From: Eledone cirrhosa
Lineage: Eukaryota
Length of the DNA stretch: 64,000 bases
Direction: 5' to 3'
Assembly: GCA_964016885.1 (NCBI GenBank)
Contig: OZ024760.1
Coordinates: forward strand, 29,946,001 to 30,010,000
Shown: in pieces, positions 15,901-27,857 of the stretch
Numbering within the stretch: the stretch's first letter is position 1
Layout of the letters: each line of letters starts with the position of its first letter
Program-made: the position numbers and the translations under genes
Notes under the pieces: generated by a model
Seen by the model: the letters and a program-made list of their open reading frames with translations, nothing else
The model's database searches: none
What the model was told of the DNA's origin: nothing

Positions 15901-18900
15901 GTAATGTAATGTAATGTAATGTAATGTAATGTGTAATGTAATGTAATGTAATGTAATGTAATGTAATGTGTAATGTAATGTAATGTAATATAATGTAATG
16001 TAATGTTTAATGTAATGTAATGTAATGTAATGTAATGTAATGTAATGTAATGTTATGTTTAATGTAATGTAATGTAATATAATGTAATTTTTAATGTAAT
16101 GTAATGCAATGTAATGTAATGTAATGTAATGTTTAATGTAATATAATGTAATGTAATGAAATGTAATGTAACGTGTAATGTAATGTAATGTAATGTAATG
16201 TGTAATGTAATGTAATGTAAAGTAATGTAATGTAATGTAATGTAATGTAATGTGTAATGTAATGAAATGTAATGTAATGTGTAATGTAATGTAATGTAAT
16301 GTAATGTACTGTAATGTGTAATCTAATGTAATATAATGTAATGTAATGAAATGTAATGTTTAATGTAATGTAATGTAATGTAATGAAATGTAATGTAATG
16401 TAATGTAATGTAATGTAATGTAATGTAATGTAATGTAATGTAATGTAATGTAATGTAATGTAATGTAATGTAATGTAATGTAATGTAATGTAATGTAATG
16501 TAATGTAATGTAATGTAATGTAATGTAATGTAATGTAATGTAATGTAATGTAATGTAATGTGTAATGTAATGTAATATAATGTAATGTAATGTGTAATGT
16601 AATGTGTAATGTATTGTAATGTAATGTAATGTAATATAAGGTGTAATGTAATGTAATGTAATGTAATGTGTAATGTAATGTAATGTAATGTGTAATGTAA
16701 TGTAATGTAATGTAATGTAATGTAATGTAATGTAATGTGTAATGTAATGTAATGTAATGTAATGTAACGTAATGTAATGTAATGTAATGTAATGTGTAAT
16801 GTAATGTAATGTACTGTAATGTAATGTAATGTGTAATGTAATTTAATGTAATGTAATGTAATGTAATGTAATGTAATGTAATGTGTAATGTAATGTAATG
16901 TAATGTATGATGCAATGTAATGTAATGTAATGTAATATAATGTAATGTAATGTAATGTAATGTGTAATGTAATGTAATGTAATGTAATGTAATGTAATGT
17001 AATGTAATGTGTAATGTAACGTAATGTAACGTAATGTAATGTAATGTGTAACGTAATTTAATGTAATGTAATGTAATGTAATGTAATTTGATGTAATGTA
17101 ATGTACTGTAATGTAATGTAATGTAATGTAATTTAATATGTAATGTAATGTAATGTAATGTAATGTCTAACGTAATGTAATGTGTAAGGTAATGTAAAGT
17201 AATGTAATGTAATGTGTAATGTAATGTAATGTAATGTATTGTGTCATGTAGTGTAATGTAATGTAATGTAATATGTAATGTAATGTAATGTGTAATGTAA
17301 TGTAATGTAATGTAATGTAATGTAATGTAATGTAATGTAATGTAATGTGTAATGTAATGTAATGTGTAATGTAATGTAATGTAATGTAATATAATGTAAT
17401 GTAATGTAATGTAACGTAATGTAATGTAATGTGTAATGTGTAATGTAATGTAATGTAATGTAATGTGTAATGTAATGTAATGCAATGTAATGTAATGTGT
17501 AATGTAATGTAATGTAACGTGTAATGTAATGTAATGTAATGTAATGTAATGTGTAATGTAATGTAATGTAATGTAATGTAATGTGTAGTGTAATGTAATG
17601 TAATGTAATGTGTAATGTAATGTAATATAATGTAATGTAATATGTAATGTAATGTGTAATGTATTGTAATGTAATGTAATGTAATATAAGGTGTAATGTA
17701 ATGTAATGTAATGTAATGTGTAATGTAATGTAATGTAATGTGTAATGTAATGTAATGTAATGTAATGTAATGTAATGTAATGTAATGTGTAATGTAATGT
17801 AATGTAATGTAATGTAACGTAATGTAATGTAATGTAATGTAATGTGTAATGTAATGTAATGTACTGTAATGTAATGTAATGTGTAATATAATTTAATGTA
17901 ATGTAATGTAATGTAATGTAATGTAATGTAATGTAATGTGTAATGTAATGTAATGTAATGTAATGTAATGTAATGTGTGATGCAATGTAATGTAATGTAC
18001 TGTAATGTAATGTAATGTAATGTAATGTAATGTAATGTAATGTAATGTAATGTAATGTAATGTAATGTAATGTAATGTGTAATGTAATGTAATATAATGT
18101 AATGTAATGTAATGTAATGTGTAACGTAATGTAATGTAATGTAATGTAATGTAATGTAATGTGTAATGTAATGTAATGTAATGTAATGTAATGTAATATG
18201 TAATGTAATGTAATGTAATGTAATATGTAATGTAATGTAATGTAATGTAATTTAATGTAATGTCTAACGTAACGTAATGTAATGTGTAATGTAATGTAAA
18301 GTAATGTAATGTAATGTGTAATGTAATTTATGTAATGTATTGTGTCATGTAGTGTAATGTAATGTAATGTGTAATGTAATGTAATGTGTAATGTAATGCA
18401 ATGTAATGTAATGTAATGTGTAATGTAATGTAATGTGTAATGTAATGTAATGTAATGTAATATAATGTAATGCAATGTAATGTAATGTAACGTAATGTAA
18501 TGTAATGTGTAATGTGTAATGTAATGTAATGTAATGTAATGTGTAATGTAATGTAATGTAACGTGTAATGTAATGTAATGTAATGTAATATAATGTAATG
18601 TAATATAATGTAATGTAATGTAATGTAATGTGTAATGTAATGTAATGTAATGTAATGTGTAATATAATGTAATGTAATGTAATGTAATGTATAATGTAAT
18701 GTAATGTAATGTAATGTGTAATGTAATGTAATGTAATGTAAAGTAATGTGTAATGTAATGTAATGTAATGTATTGTAATGTGTAATGTAATGTAATGTAA
18801 TGTAATGTGTAATGTAATGTAATGTAATGTAACGTTTAATGTAATTAATGTAGTCTAATGTATAAGGTAATGTAATGTAATGTGTAATGTAATGTAATGT

Positions 18901-21205
18901 AATGTAATGTGATGTGTAATGTAATGTAATGTAATGTGTAATCTAATGTAATGTAATGTAATGTAATGTAATGTAATGTAATGTAATGTGTAATGTGTAA
19001 TGTAATGTAATGTAATGTAATGTAATGTAATGTAAAGTAATTAAATGTAATGTAATGTGTAATGTAATGTAATGTAATGTAATGTAATGTAATGTAATGT
19101 AATGTAATGTAATGTGTAATGTAATGTAAAGTAATCTAATGTAATGTAATGTAATGTAATGTAATGTAATGTAATGTGTAATGTAATGTAATGTAATGTA
19201 ATGTGTAATGTAATGTAATGTAATGTAATGTAATGTAATGTAATGTAATGTAATGTAATGTGTAATGTAATGTAATGTAACGTAATGTAATGTGTAATGT
19301 AATGTAATGTAATGTAATGTAATGTTTAATGTAATGTAATGTAATGTAATGTAATGTAATGTAATGTAATGTAATGTAATGTAATGTGTAATGTAATGTA
19401 ATGTAATGTAATGTAATGTGTAATGTAATGTAATGTAATGTGACGTGTAATGTAATGTAATGTAATGTATGATGTAATGTAATGTAATGTAATGTGTAAT
19501 GTAATGTAATGTAATGTTAAGTGTAATGTAATGTGACGTAATATAATGTGTAATGTAATGTAATGTAATGTAATGTGTAATGTAATGTAATGTAATGTAA
19601 CGTAATGTAATTTAATGTAATGTAATGTAATGTATAATGTAATGTAATGTAATGTAATGTATAATGTAATGTAATGTAATGTAATGTAATGTATAATGTA
19701 ATGTAATGTAATGTAACGTAAAGTAATGTGTAATGTAATGTAATGTAATGTATTGTAATGTGTAATGTAATGTAATGTAATGTAATGTAATGTGTAATGT
19801 AATGTAATGTAATGTAATGTAATGTGTAATGTAATGTAATGTAATGTAATGTAATGATATGTAATGTTTAATGTAATGTAACGTAATGAAATGTAATGTA
19901 ATGTAATGTGTAATGTAATGTAATGTAATGTAATGTAATGTAATGTAATGTATAATGTAATGTAATATAATGTAATGTGTAATGTAATGTAATGTAATGT
20001 AATGTAACGTTTAACGTTATGTAATGTAATGTAATGTAATGTGTAATGTAATGTAATGTAATATAATGTAATGTAATGTAATGTAATGTAATGTAATGTA
20101 ATGTAATGTAATGTGTAATGTAATGTAATGTAATGTAATGTAATGGGTAATGTAATGTAATGTAATGTAATGAAATGTAATGTTTAATGTAATGTAACGT
20201 AATGAAATGTAATGTAATGTAATGTAATGTAATGTAATGTAATGTAATGTAAAGTGTAATGTAATGTAATGTAATGTAATGTAATGTAATGTAATGTGTA
20301 ATGTAATGTAATGTAATGTAATGTAACGTTTAATGTAATGTAATGTAATGTGTAATGTAATGTATAATGTAATGTAATGTAATGTAATGTGTAATGTAAT
20401 GTATAATGTAATGTAATGTAATGTAATGTAATGTAATGTAATGTAATGTGTAATGTAATGTAATGTGTAATGTAACGTAATGTAATGTAATGTAATGTGT
20501 AATGTAATGTAAGGTAATGTGTAATGTAATGTAATATAATGTAATGTGTAATGTAATGTGTAATGTAATGTAATGTAATGTTATGTAATGTAATGTAATC
20601 TGTAATGTAATGTAATGTAATGTAACGTTTAACGTTACGTAATGTAATGTAATGTAATGTGTAATGTAATGTAATGTAATGTAATGTGTAATGTAATGTA
20701 ATGTAATGTAATGTAATGTATAATGTAATGTGTAATGTAATGTAATGTAATGTAACGTTTAATGTAATGTAATGTAATGTAATGTAATGTAATGTGTAAT
20801 GTAATGTATAATGTAATGTAATGTAATGTAATGTGTAATGTAATGTAATGTGTAATGTAATGTAATGTAATGTGTAATGTAATGTAATGTGTAATGTAAT
20901 GTAATGTAATGTACAATGTAATGTAACGTAATGTAATGTGTAATGTAATGTAATATAATGTGTAATGTAATGTAATGTAGTGTAATGTAACGTATTGTAA
21001 TGTAATGTAATGTAATGTAATGTGTAATGTAATGTAATGTGTAATGTGTAATGTAATGTGTAATGTAATGTGTAATGTAATGTAATGTATTGTAATATAA
21101 TGTAATTGTTTCTAATTTAGGCACAAGGTCAGCAATTACCCTGTGCATTACTGGTACTTTCTTTTATCGACCCCGTAAGGATGAAAAGCAAAGTCAACCT
21201 CGGTG

Positions 21206-21217
21206 GGATTTGAACTC
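21206..21217 (-). promoter_or_regulatory. RNA polymerase III internal promoter B box (copy 1; GTTCAAATC core intact in all 8 copies)
   Basis: GAGTTCAAATCC on - matches GTTCRANNC and lies 51 nt downstream of the A box. Confidence 0.8.
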
Positions 21218-21268
21218 AGATCGTAAAGGGACGTAACTATGCTAGAAAGCATGGCGTCCGACCCTCTA

Positions 21269-21280
21269 CCGATACTGCCA
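21269..21280 (-). promoter_or_regulatory. RNA polymerase III internal promoter A box (copy 1; present in all 8 copies)
   Basis: TGGCAGTATCGG on -, similar to the TRGCNNARYNNG consensus. It starts about 11 nt from the presumed 5' end (GGCGG at 21290). Confidence 0.65.
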
Positions 21281-24200
21281 ATCCACCGCCGTTTGTAATG
21301 TAATGTAATGTAATGTAATGTAATGTAATGTTTAATGTAATGTAATGTATTTTAATGTAATGTAATGTGTAATGTAATGTAATGTAATGACAATGTAATG
21401 TAATGTGTAATGTAATGTGTAATGTACTGTAATGTGTAATGTAATGTAATGTAATGTAATGTAATGTAATGTAATGTAATGTGTAATGTAATGTAATATA
21501 ATGTAATATAATGTTTAATGTAATGTAATGTAATGTAATGTAATGTAATGTGTGATGTAATGTAATGTAATGTAATGTAATGTAATGTAATGTAATGTGT
21601 AATGTGTAATGTTTAATGTAATGTAATGTAATGTAATGTGTAACGTAATGTAACGTAATGTAATGTAATGTAATGTAATGTGTGATGTAATGTAATGTAA
21701 TGTAATGTAATGTAATATAATGTAATGTAATGTAATGTAATGTAATGTGTAACGTAATGTGTAATATAATGTAATGTAATGTAATGTTATGTAATGTAAT
21801 GTAATGTAATGTGTAATGTAATGTAATGTAATGTGTAATGTAATGTAATGTAATGTAATGTAATGTAATGTAATGTAATGTAATGTGTAATGTGTAATGT
21901 TTAATGTAATGTAATGTAATGTAATGTGTAACGTAATGTAACGTAATGTAATGTAATGTAATGTAATGTGTGATGTAATGTAATGTAATGTAATGTAATG
22001 TAATATAATGTAATGTAATGTAATGTAATGTAATGTGTAACGTAATGTGTAATATAATGTAATGTAATGTAATGTTATGTAATGTAATGTAATGTAATGT
22101 GTAATGTAATGTAATGTAATGTGTAATGTAATGTAATGTAATGTAATGTAATGTGTAATGTAATGTAATGTAATATAATGTAATGTAATGTAATGTAATG
22201 TAATGTAATGTAATGTAATGTAATGTAATGTAATGTGTAATGTAATGTAATGTAATGTAATGTGTAATGTAATGTAATGTAATGTAATGTTATGTTTAAT
22301 GTAAAGTAATGTAATGTAATGTGTAATGTAATGTAATGTAATGTGTAACGTAATGTAATGTAATGTAATGTAATGTAACGTTTAATGTAATGTAATGTAA
22401 TGTAATGTGTAATGTTATGTAATATAATGTATAATGTAATGTAATGTAATGTAATGTAATGTAATGTGTAATGTAATGTGTAATGTAATGTAATGTGTAA
22501 TGTAATGTAATTTAATGTAATGTAATGTGTAATGTAATGTAATGTAATGTTTAATGTAATATAATGTAATGTAATGAAATGTAATGTAACGTGTAATGTA
22601 ATGTAATGTAATGTAATGTAATGTAATGTAATGTAATGTAATGTAATGTGTAATGTAATGTAATGTAATGTAATGTAATGTGTAATGTATTGTAATGTAA
22701 TGTAATGTAATATAAGGTGTAATGTAATGTAATGTAATGTAATGTGTAATGTAATGTAATGTAATGTAATGTAATGTGTAATGTAATGTAATGTAATGTA
22801 ATGTAACGTAATGTAATGTAATGTAATGTAATGTGTAATGTAATGTAATGTACTGTAATGTAATGTAATGTGTAATGTAATTTAATGTAATGTAATGTAA
22901 TGTAATGTAATGTAATGTGTAATGTAATGTAATGTAATGTATGAAGCAATGTAATGTAATGTAATGTAATGTGTAATGTAATGTAATGTAATGTAATGTA
23001 ACGTAATGTAATGTAATGTAATGTAATGTGTAATGTAATGTAATGTACTGTAATGTAATGTAATGTGTAATATAATTTAATGTAATGTAATGTAATGTAA
23101 TGTAATGTAATGTAATGTGTAATGTAATGTAATGTAATGTAATGTAATGTAATGTGTGATGCAATGTAATGTAATGTACTGTAATGTAATGTAATGTAAT
23201 GTAATGTAATGTAATGTAATGTAATGTAATGTAATGTAATGTAATGTAATGTAATGTGTAATGTAATGTAATATAATGTAATGTAATGTAATGTAATGTG
23301 TAATGTAATGTAATGTAATGTAATGTAATGTAATGTAATATGTAATGTAATGTAATGTAATTTAATGTAATGTCTAACGTAATGCAATGTGTAATGTAAT
23401 GTAAAGTAATGTAATGTAATGTGTAATGTAATGTAATGTAATGTATTGTGTCATGTAGTGTAATGTAATGTAATGTGTAATGTAATGTAATGTGTAATGT
23501 AATGTGATGTAATGTAATGTGTAATGTAATGTAATGTGTAATGTAATGTAATGTAATGTAATATAATGTAATGCAATGTAATGTAATGTAACGTAATGTA
23601 ATGTAATGTGTAATGTGTAATGTAATGTAATGTAATGTAATGTGTAATGTAATGTAATGTAACGTGTAATGTAATGTAATGTAATGTAATATAATGTAAT
23701 GTAATATAATGTAATGTAATGTAATGTGTAATGTAATGTAATGTAATGTAATGTAATGTGTAATATAATGTAATGTAATGTAATGTAATGTATAATGTAA
23801 TGTAATGTAATGTAATGTAATGTGTAATGTAATGTAATGTAATGTAAAGTAATGTGTAATGTAATGTAATGTAATGTATTGTAATGTGTAATGTAATGTA
23901 ATGTAATGTAATGTGTAATGTAATGTAATGTAATGTAACGTTTAATGTAATGTAATGTAGTCTAATGTATAAGGTAATGTAATGTAATGTGTAATGTAAT
24001 GTAATGTAATGTAATGTGATGTGTAATGTAATGTAATGTAATGTAATGTAATGTGTAATCTAATGTAATGTAATGTAATGTAATGTAATGTAATGTGTAA
24101 TGTGTAATGTAATGTAATGTAATGTAATGTAATGTAATGTAAGGTAATTAAATGTAATGTAATGTGTAATGTAATGTAATGTAATGTAATGAAATGTAAT

Positions 24201-25980
24201 GTAATGTGTAATGTAATGTAATGTAATGTAATGTAATGTAATGTAATGTAATGTAATGTGTAATGTAAAGTAATGTAATGTAATGTAATGTAATGTAATG
24301 TAATGTAATGTAATGTGTAATGTAATGTAATGTAATGTAATGTGTAATGTAATGTAATGTAATGTAATGTAATGTAATGTAATGTGTAATGTAATGTAAT
24401 GTAACGTAATGTAATGTGTAATGTGATGTAATGTAATGTAATGTAATGTATAATGTAATGTAATGTAATGTAATGTAATGTAATGTAATGTAATGTGTAA
24501 TGTAATGTAATGTAATGTAATGTAATGTAATGTGTAATGTAATGTAATGTAATGTGACGTGTAATGTAATGTAATGTAATGTATAATGTAATGTAATGTA
24601 ATGTAATGTGTAATGTAATGTAATGTAATGTTAAGTGTAATGTAATGTGACGTAATATAATGTGTAATGTAATGTAATGTAATGTAATGTAATGTGTAAT
24701 GTAATGTAATGTAACGTAATGTAATTTAATGTAATGTAATGTAATGTAATGTCTAATGTAATGTAATGTAATGTAATGTATAATGTAATGTAATGTAATG
24801 TAATGTATAATGTAATGTAATGTAAAGTAATGTGTAATGTAATGTAATGTAATGTATTGTAATGTGTAATGTAATGTAATGTAATGTAATGTGTAATGTA
24901 ATGTAATGTAATGTAATGTAATGTAATGTGTAATGTAATGTAATGTAATGTAATGTAATGAAATGTAATGTTTAATGTAATGTAACGTAATGAAATGTAA
25001 TGTAATGTAATGTGTAATGTAATGTAATGTAATGTAATGTAATGTAATGTATAATGTAATGTAATATAATGTAATGTGTAATGTAATGTAATGTAATGTA
25101 ATGTAACGTTTAACGTTATGTAATGTAATGTAATGTAATGTGTAATGTAATGTAATGTAATATAATGTAATGTAATGTAATGTAATGTAATGTAATGTAA
25201 TGTAATGTAATGTAATGTAATGTGTAATGTAATGTAATGTAATGTAATGTAATGTAATGTAATGTGTAATGTAATGTAATGTAATGTAATGAAATGTAAT
25301 GTTTAATGTAATGTAACGTAATAAAATGTAATGTAATGTAATGTAATGTAATGTAAAGTGTAATGTAATGTAATGTAATGTAATGTTATGTAATGTAATA
25401 TAATCTGTAATGTAATGCAATGTAATGTAATGTAACGTTTAACGTTACGTAATGTAATGTAATGTAATGTGTAATGTAATGTAATGTAATGTAATGTGTA
25501 ATGTAATGTAATGTAATGTATAATGTAATGTAATGTAATGTGTAATGTAATGTAATGTAATGTAACGTTTAATGTAATGTAATGTAATGTAATGTAATGT
25601 GTAATGTAATGTATAATGTAATGTAATGTAATGTAATGTAATGTGTAATGTAATGTAATGTGTAATGTAATGTAATGTAATGTGTAATATAATGTAATGT
25701 GTAATGTAATGTAATGTAATGTACAATGTAATGTAATGTAATGTAATGTAATGTGTAATGTAATGTAATGTAATGTAATGTGTAATGTAATGTAACGTAA
25801 TGTAATGTGTAATATAATGTAATATAATGTGTAATGTAATGTAATGTAGTGTAATGTAACGTATTGTAATGTAATGTAATGTAATGTAATGTGTAATGTA
25901 ATGTAATGTGTAATGTGTAATGTAATGTGTAATGTAATGTGTAATGTAATGTAATGTAATGTATTGTAATATAATGTAAT

Positions 25981-26167
25981 TGTTTCTAATTTAGGCACAA
26001 GGTCAGCAATTACCCTGTGCATTACTGGTACTTTCTTTTATCGACCCCGTAAGGATGAAAAGCAAAGTCAACCTCGGTGGGATTTGAACTCAGATCGTAA
26101 AGGGACGTAACTATGCTAGAAAGCATGGCGTCCGACCCTCTACCGATACTGCCAATCCACCGCCGTT
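25981..26167 (-). mobile_element. SINE-like element, copy 2 (subtype I)
   Basis: 187 bp, identical to copy 1 by eye, with the same junctions (GTAAT|TGTTTCT ... CCGCCGTT|TGTAAT). Confidence 0.85.
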
Positions 26168-27670
26168 TGTAATGTAATGTAATGTAATGTAATGTAATGT
26201 TTAATGTAATGTAATGTATTTTAATGTAATGTAATGTGTAATGTAATGTAATGTAATGACAATGTAATGTAATGTGTAATGTAATGTGTAATGTACTGTA
26301 ATGTGTAATGTAATGTAATGTAATGTAATGTAATGTAATGTAATGTAATGTGTAATGTAATGTAATATAATGTAATATAATGTTTAATGTAATGTAATGT
26401 AATGTAATGTAATCTAATGTTTAATGTAATGTAATGTAATGTAATGTAATGTAATGCAATGTAATGTAATGCAATTTGTAATGTAATGTAATGTAATGTA
26501 ATGTAATGTAGTGTAATGTAATTTAATGAAATGTAATGTAATGTAATGTAATGTAATGTAATGTAATGTAATGTAATGTAATGTAATGTAATGCGTAATG
26601 AAATGTAATGTAATGTAATGTAATGTAATGTGTAATGTAATGTAATGTAATGTAATGTAATGTAATGTAATGTGTAATGTAATGTAATGTAATGTAATGT
26701 AATGTGTAATGTAATGTAATGTAATGTAATGTTTAATGTAATGTAATGTAATGTAATGTAATGTAATGTAATGTAATGTAATGTAATTTTTAATGTAATG
26801 TAATGTAATGTAATGTAATGCATAATGTAATGTAATGTAATGTAATGGAATGTAATGTAATGTTTAATGTAATGTAATGTAATGAAATGTAATGTAACGT
26901 GTAATGTAATGTAATGTAATGTGTAACGTAATGTAATGTAATGTAATGTGTAATGTAATGTAATGTAATGAAATGTAATGTTTAATGTAATGTAATGTAA
27001 TGAAATGTAATGTAATGTGTAATGTAATGTAATGTAATGTAATGTAATGTAATGTAATGTGTAATGTAATGTAATGTAATGTAATGTAATGTAATGTAAC
27101 GTTTAACTTTATGTAATGTAATGTAATGTAATGTGTAATGTAATGTAATGTAATATAATGTAATGTAATGTAATGTAATGTAATGTAATGTAATGTAATG
27201 TGTAATGTAATGTAATGTAATGTAACGTGTAATGTAATGTAATGTAATGTAATGTTTAATGTAAAGTAATGTAATGTAATGTGTAATGTAATGTAATGCA
27301 ATGTAATGTAATGTAATGTAATGTGTAATGTAATGTAATGTAATGTAACGTTTAACGTAATGTAATGTAATGTAATGTGTAATGTAATGTAATGTAATGT
27401 GTAATGTAATGTAATGTGTAATGTAATGTAATGTAATGTAATGTATAATGTAATGTAATGTAATGTGTAATGTAATGTAATGTAATGTTATGTGTAATGT
27501 AATGTAATGTAACGTAATGTAATGTGTAATGTAATGTAATGTAATGTGTAATGTAATGTAATGTAATGTAATGTAACGTATTGTAATGTAATGTAATGTG
27601 TAATGTAATGTAATGTAATGTAATGTGTAATGTAATGTGTAATGTAATGTGTAATGTAATGTAATGTAAT

Positions 27671-27857
27671 TGTTTCTAATTTAGGCACAAGGTCAGCAAT
27701 TACCCTGTGCATTACTGGTCCTTTATTTTATCGACCCCATAAGGATGAAAAGCAAAGTCAACCTCGGTGGGATTTGAACTCAGATCGTAAAGGGACGTAA
27801 CTATGCTAGAAAGCATGGCGTCCGACCCTCTACCGATACTGCCAATCCACCGCCGTT
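27671..27857 (-). mobile_element. SINE-like element, copy 3 (subtype II)
   Basis: 187 bp. Differs from subtype I at GGTCCTTTATTTT (vs GGTACTTTCTTTT) and CCCCAT (vs CCCCGT). Confidence 0.85.

Larger units (their letters stand above)
21107..21293 (-). mobile_element. tRNA-derived SINE-like element, copy 1 (subtype I)
   Basis: The - strand reads GGCGGTGGATTGGCAGTATCGG (A box)...GAGTTCAAATCC (B box)...TTTCATCCTTACGGGGTCGATAAAA...GTACCAG...CTTGTGCCTAAATTAGAAACA, then (ATTAC)n. The resemblance to octopus SINEs is from recall, not from a database search. Confidence 0.85.

Noticed and set aside
20759-21148. ORFs with non-repetitive ends (MHRVIADLVPKLET..., MPKLET..., ...GGGLAVSVEGRTLCFPA, ...DFAFHPYGVDKIKYQ)
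   Set aside because: These are chance translations of the SINE insert in different frames, and stops and frames differ among copies.
21195-21293. Bona fide tRNA gene
   Set aside because: A and B boxes are present, but no canonical cloverleaf with a 7-nt anticodon loop was found and a SINE-type body follows.
21100-21300. Target-site duplications around the inserts
   Set aside because: Both flanks are TGTAAT repeats, so a TSD cannot be told apart from the satellite.
21294-21330. Eel UnaL2/UnaSINE-type (TGTAA)n 3' tail
   Set aside because: The pentamer is the same, but TGTAA lies on the strand opposite to the A/B-box orientation. The SINE sense strand ends in (TTACA)n.
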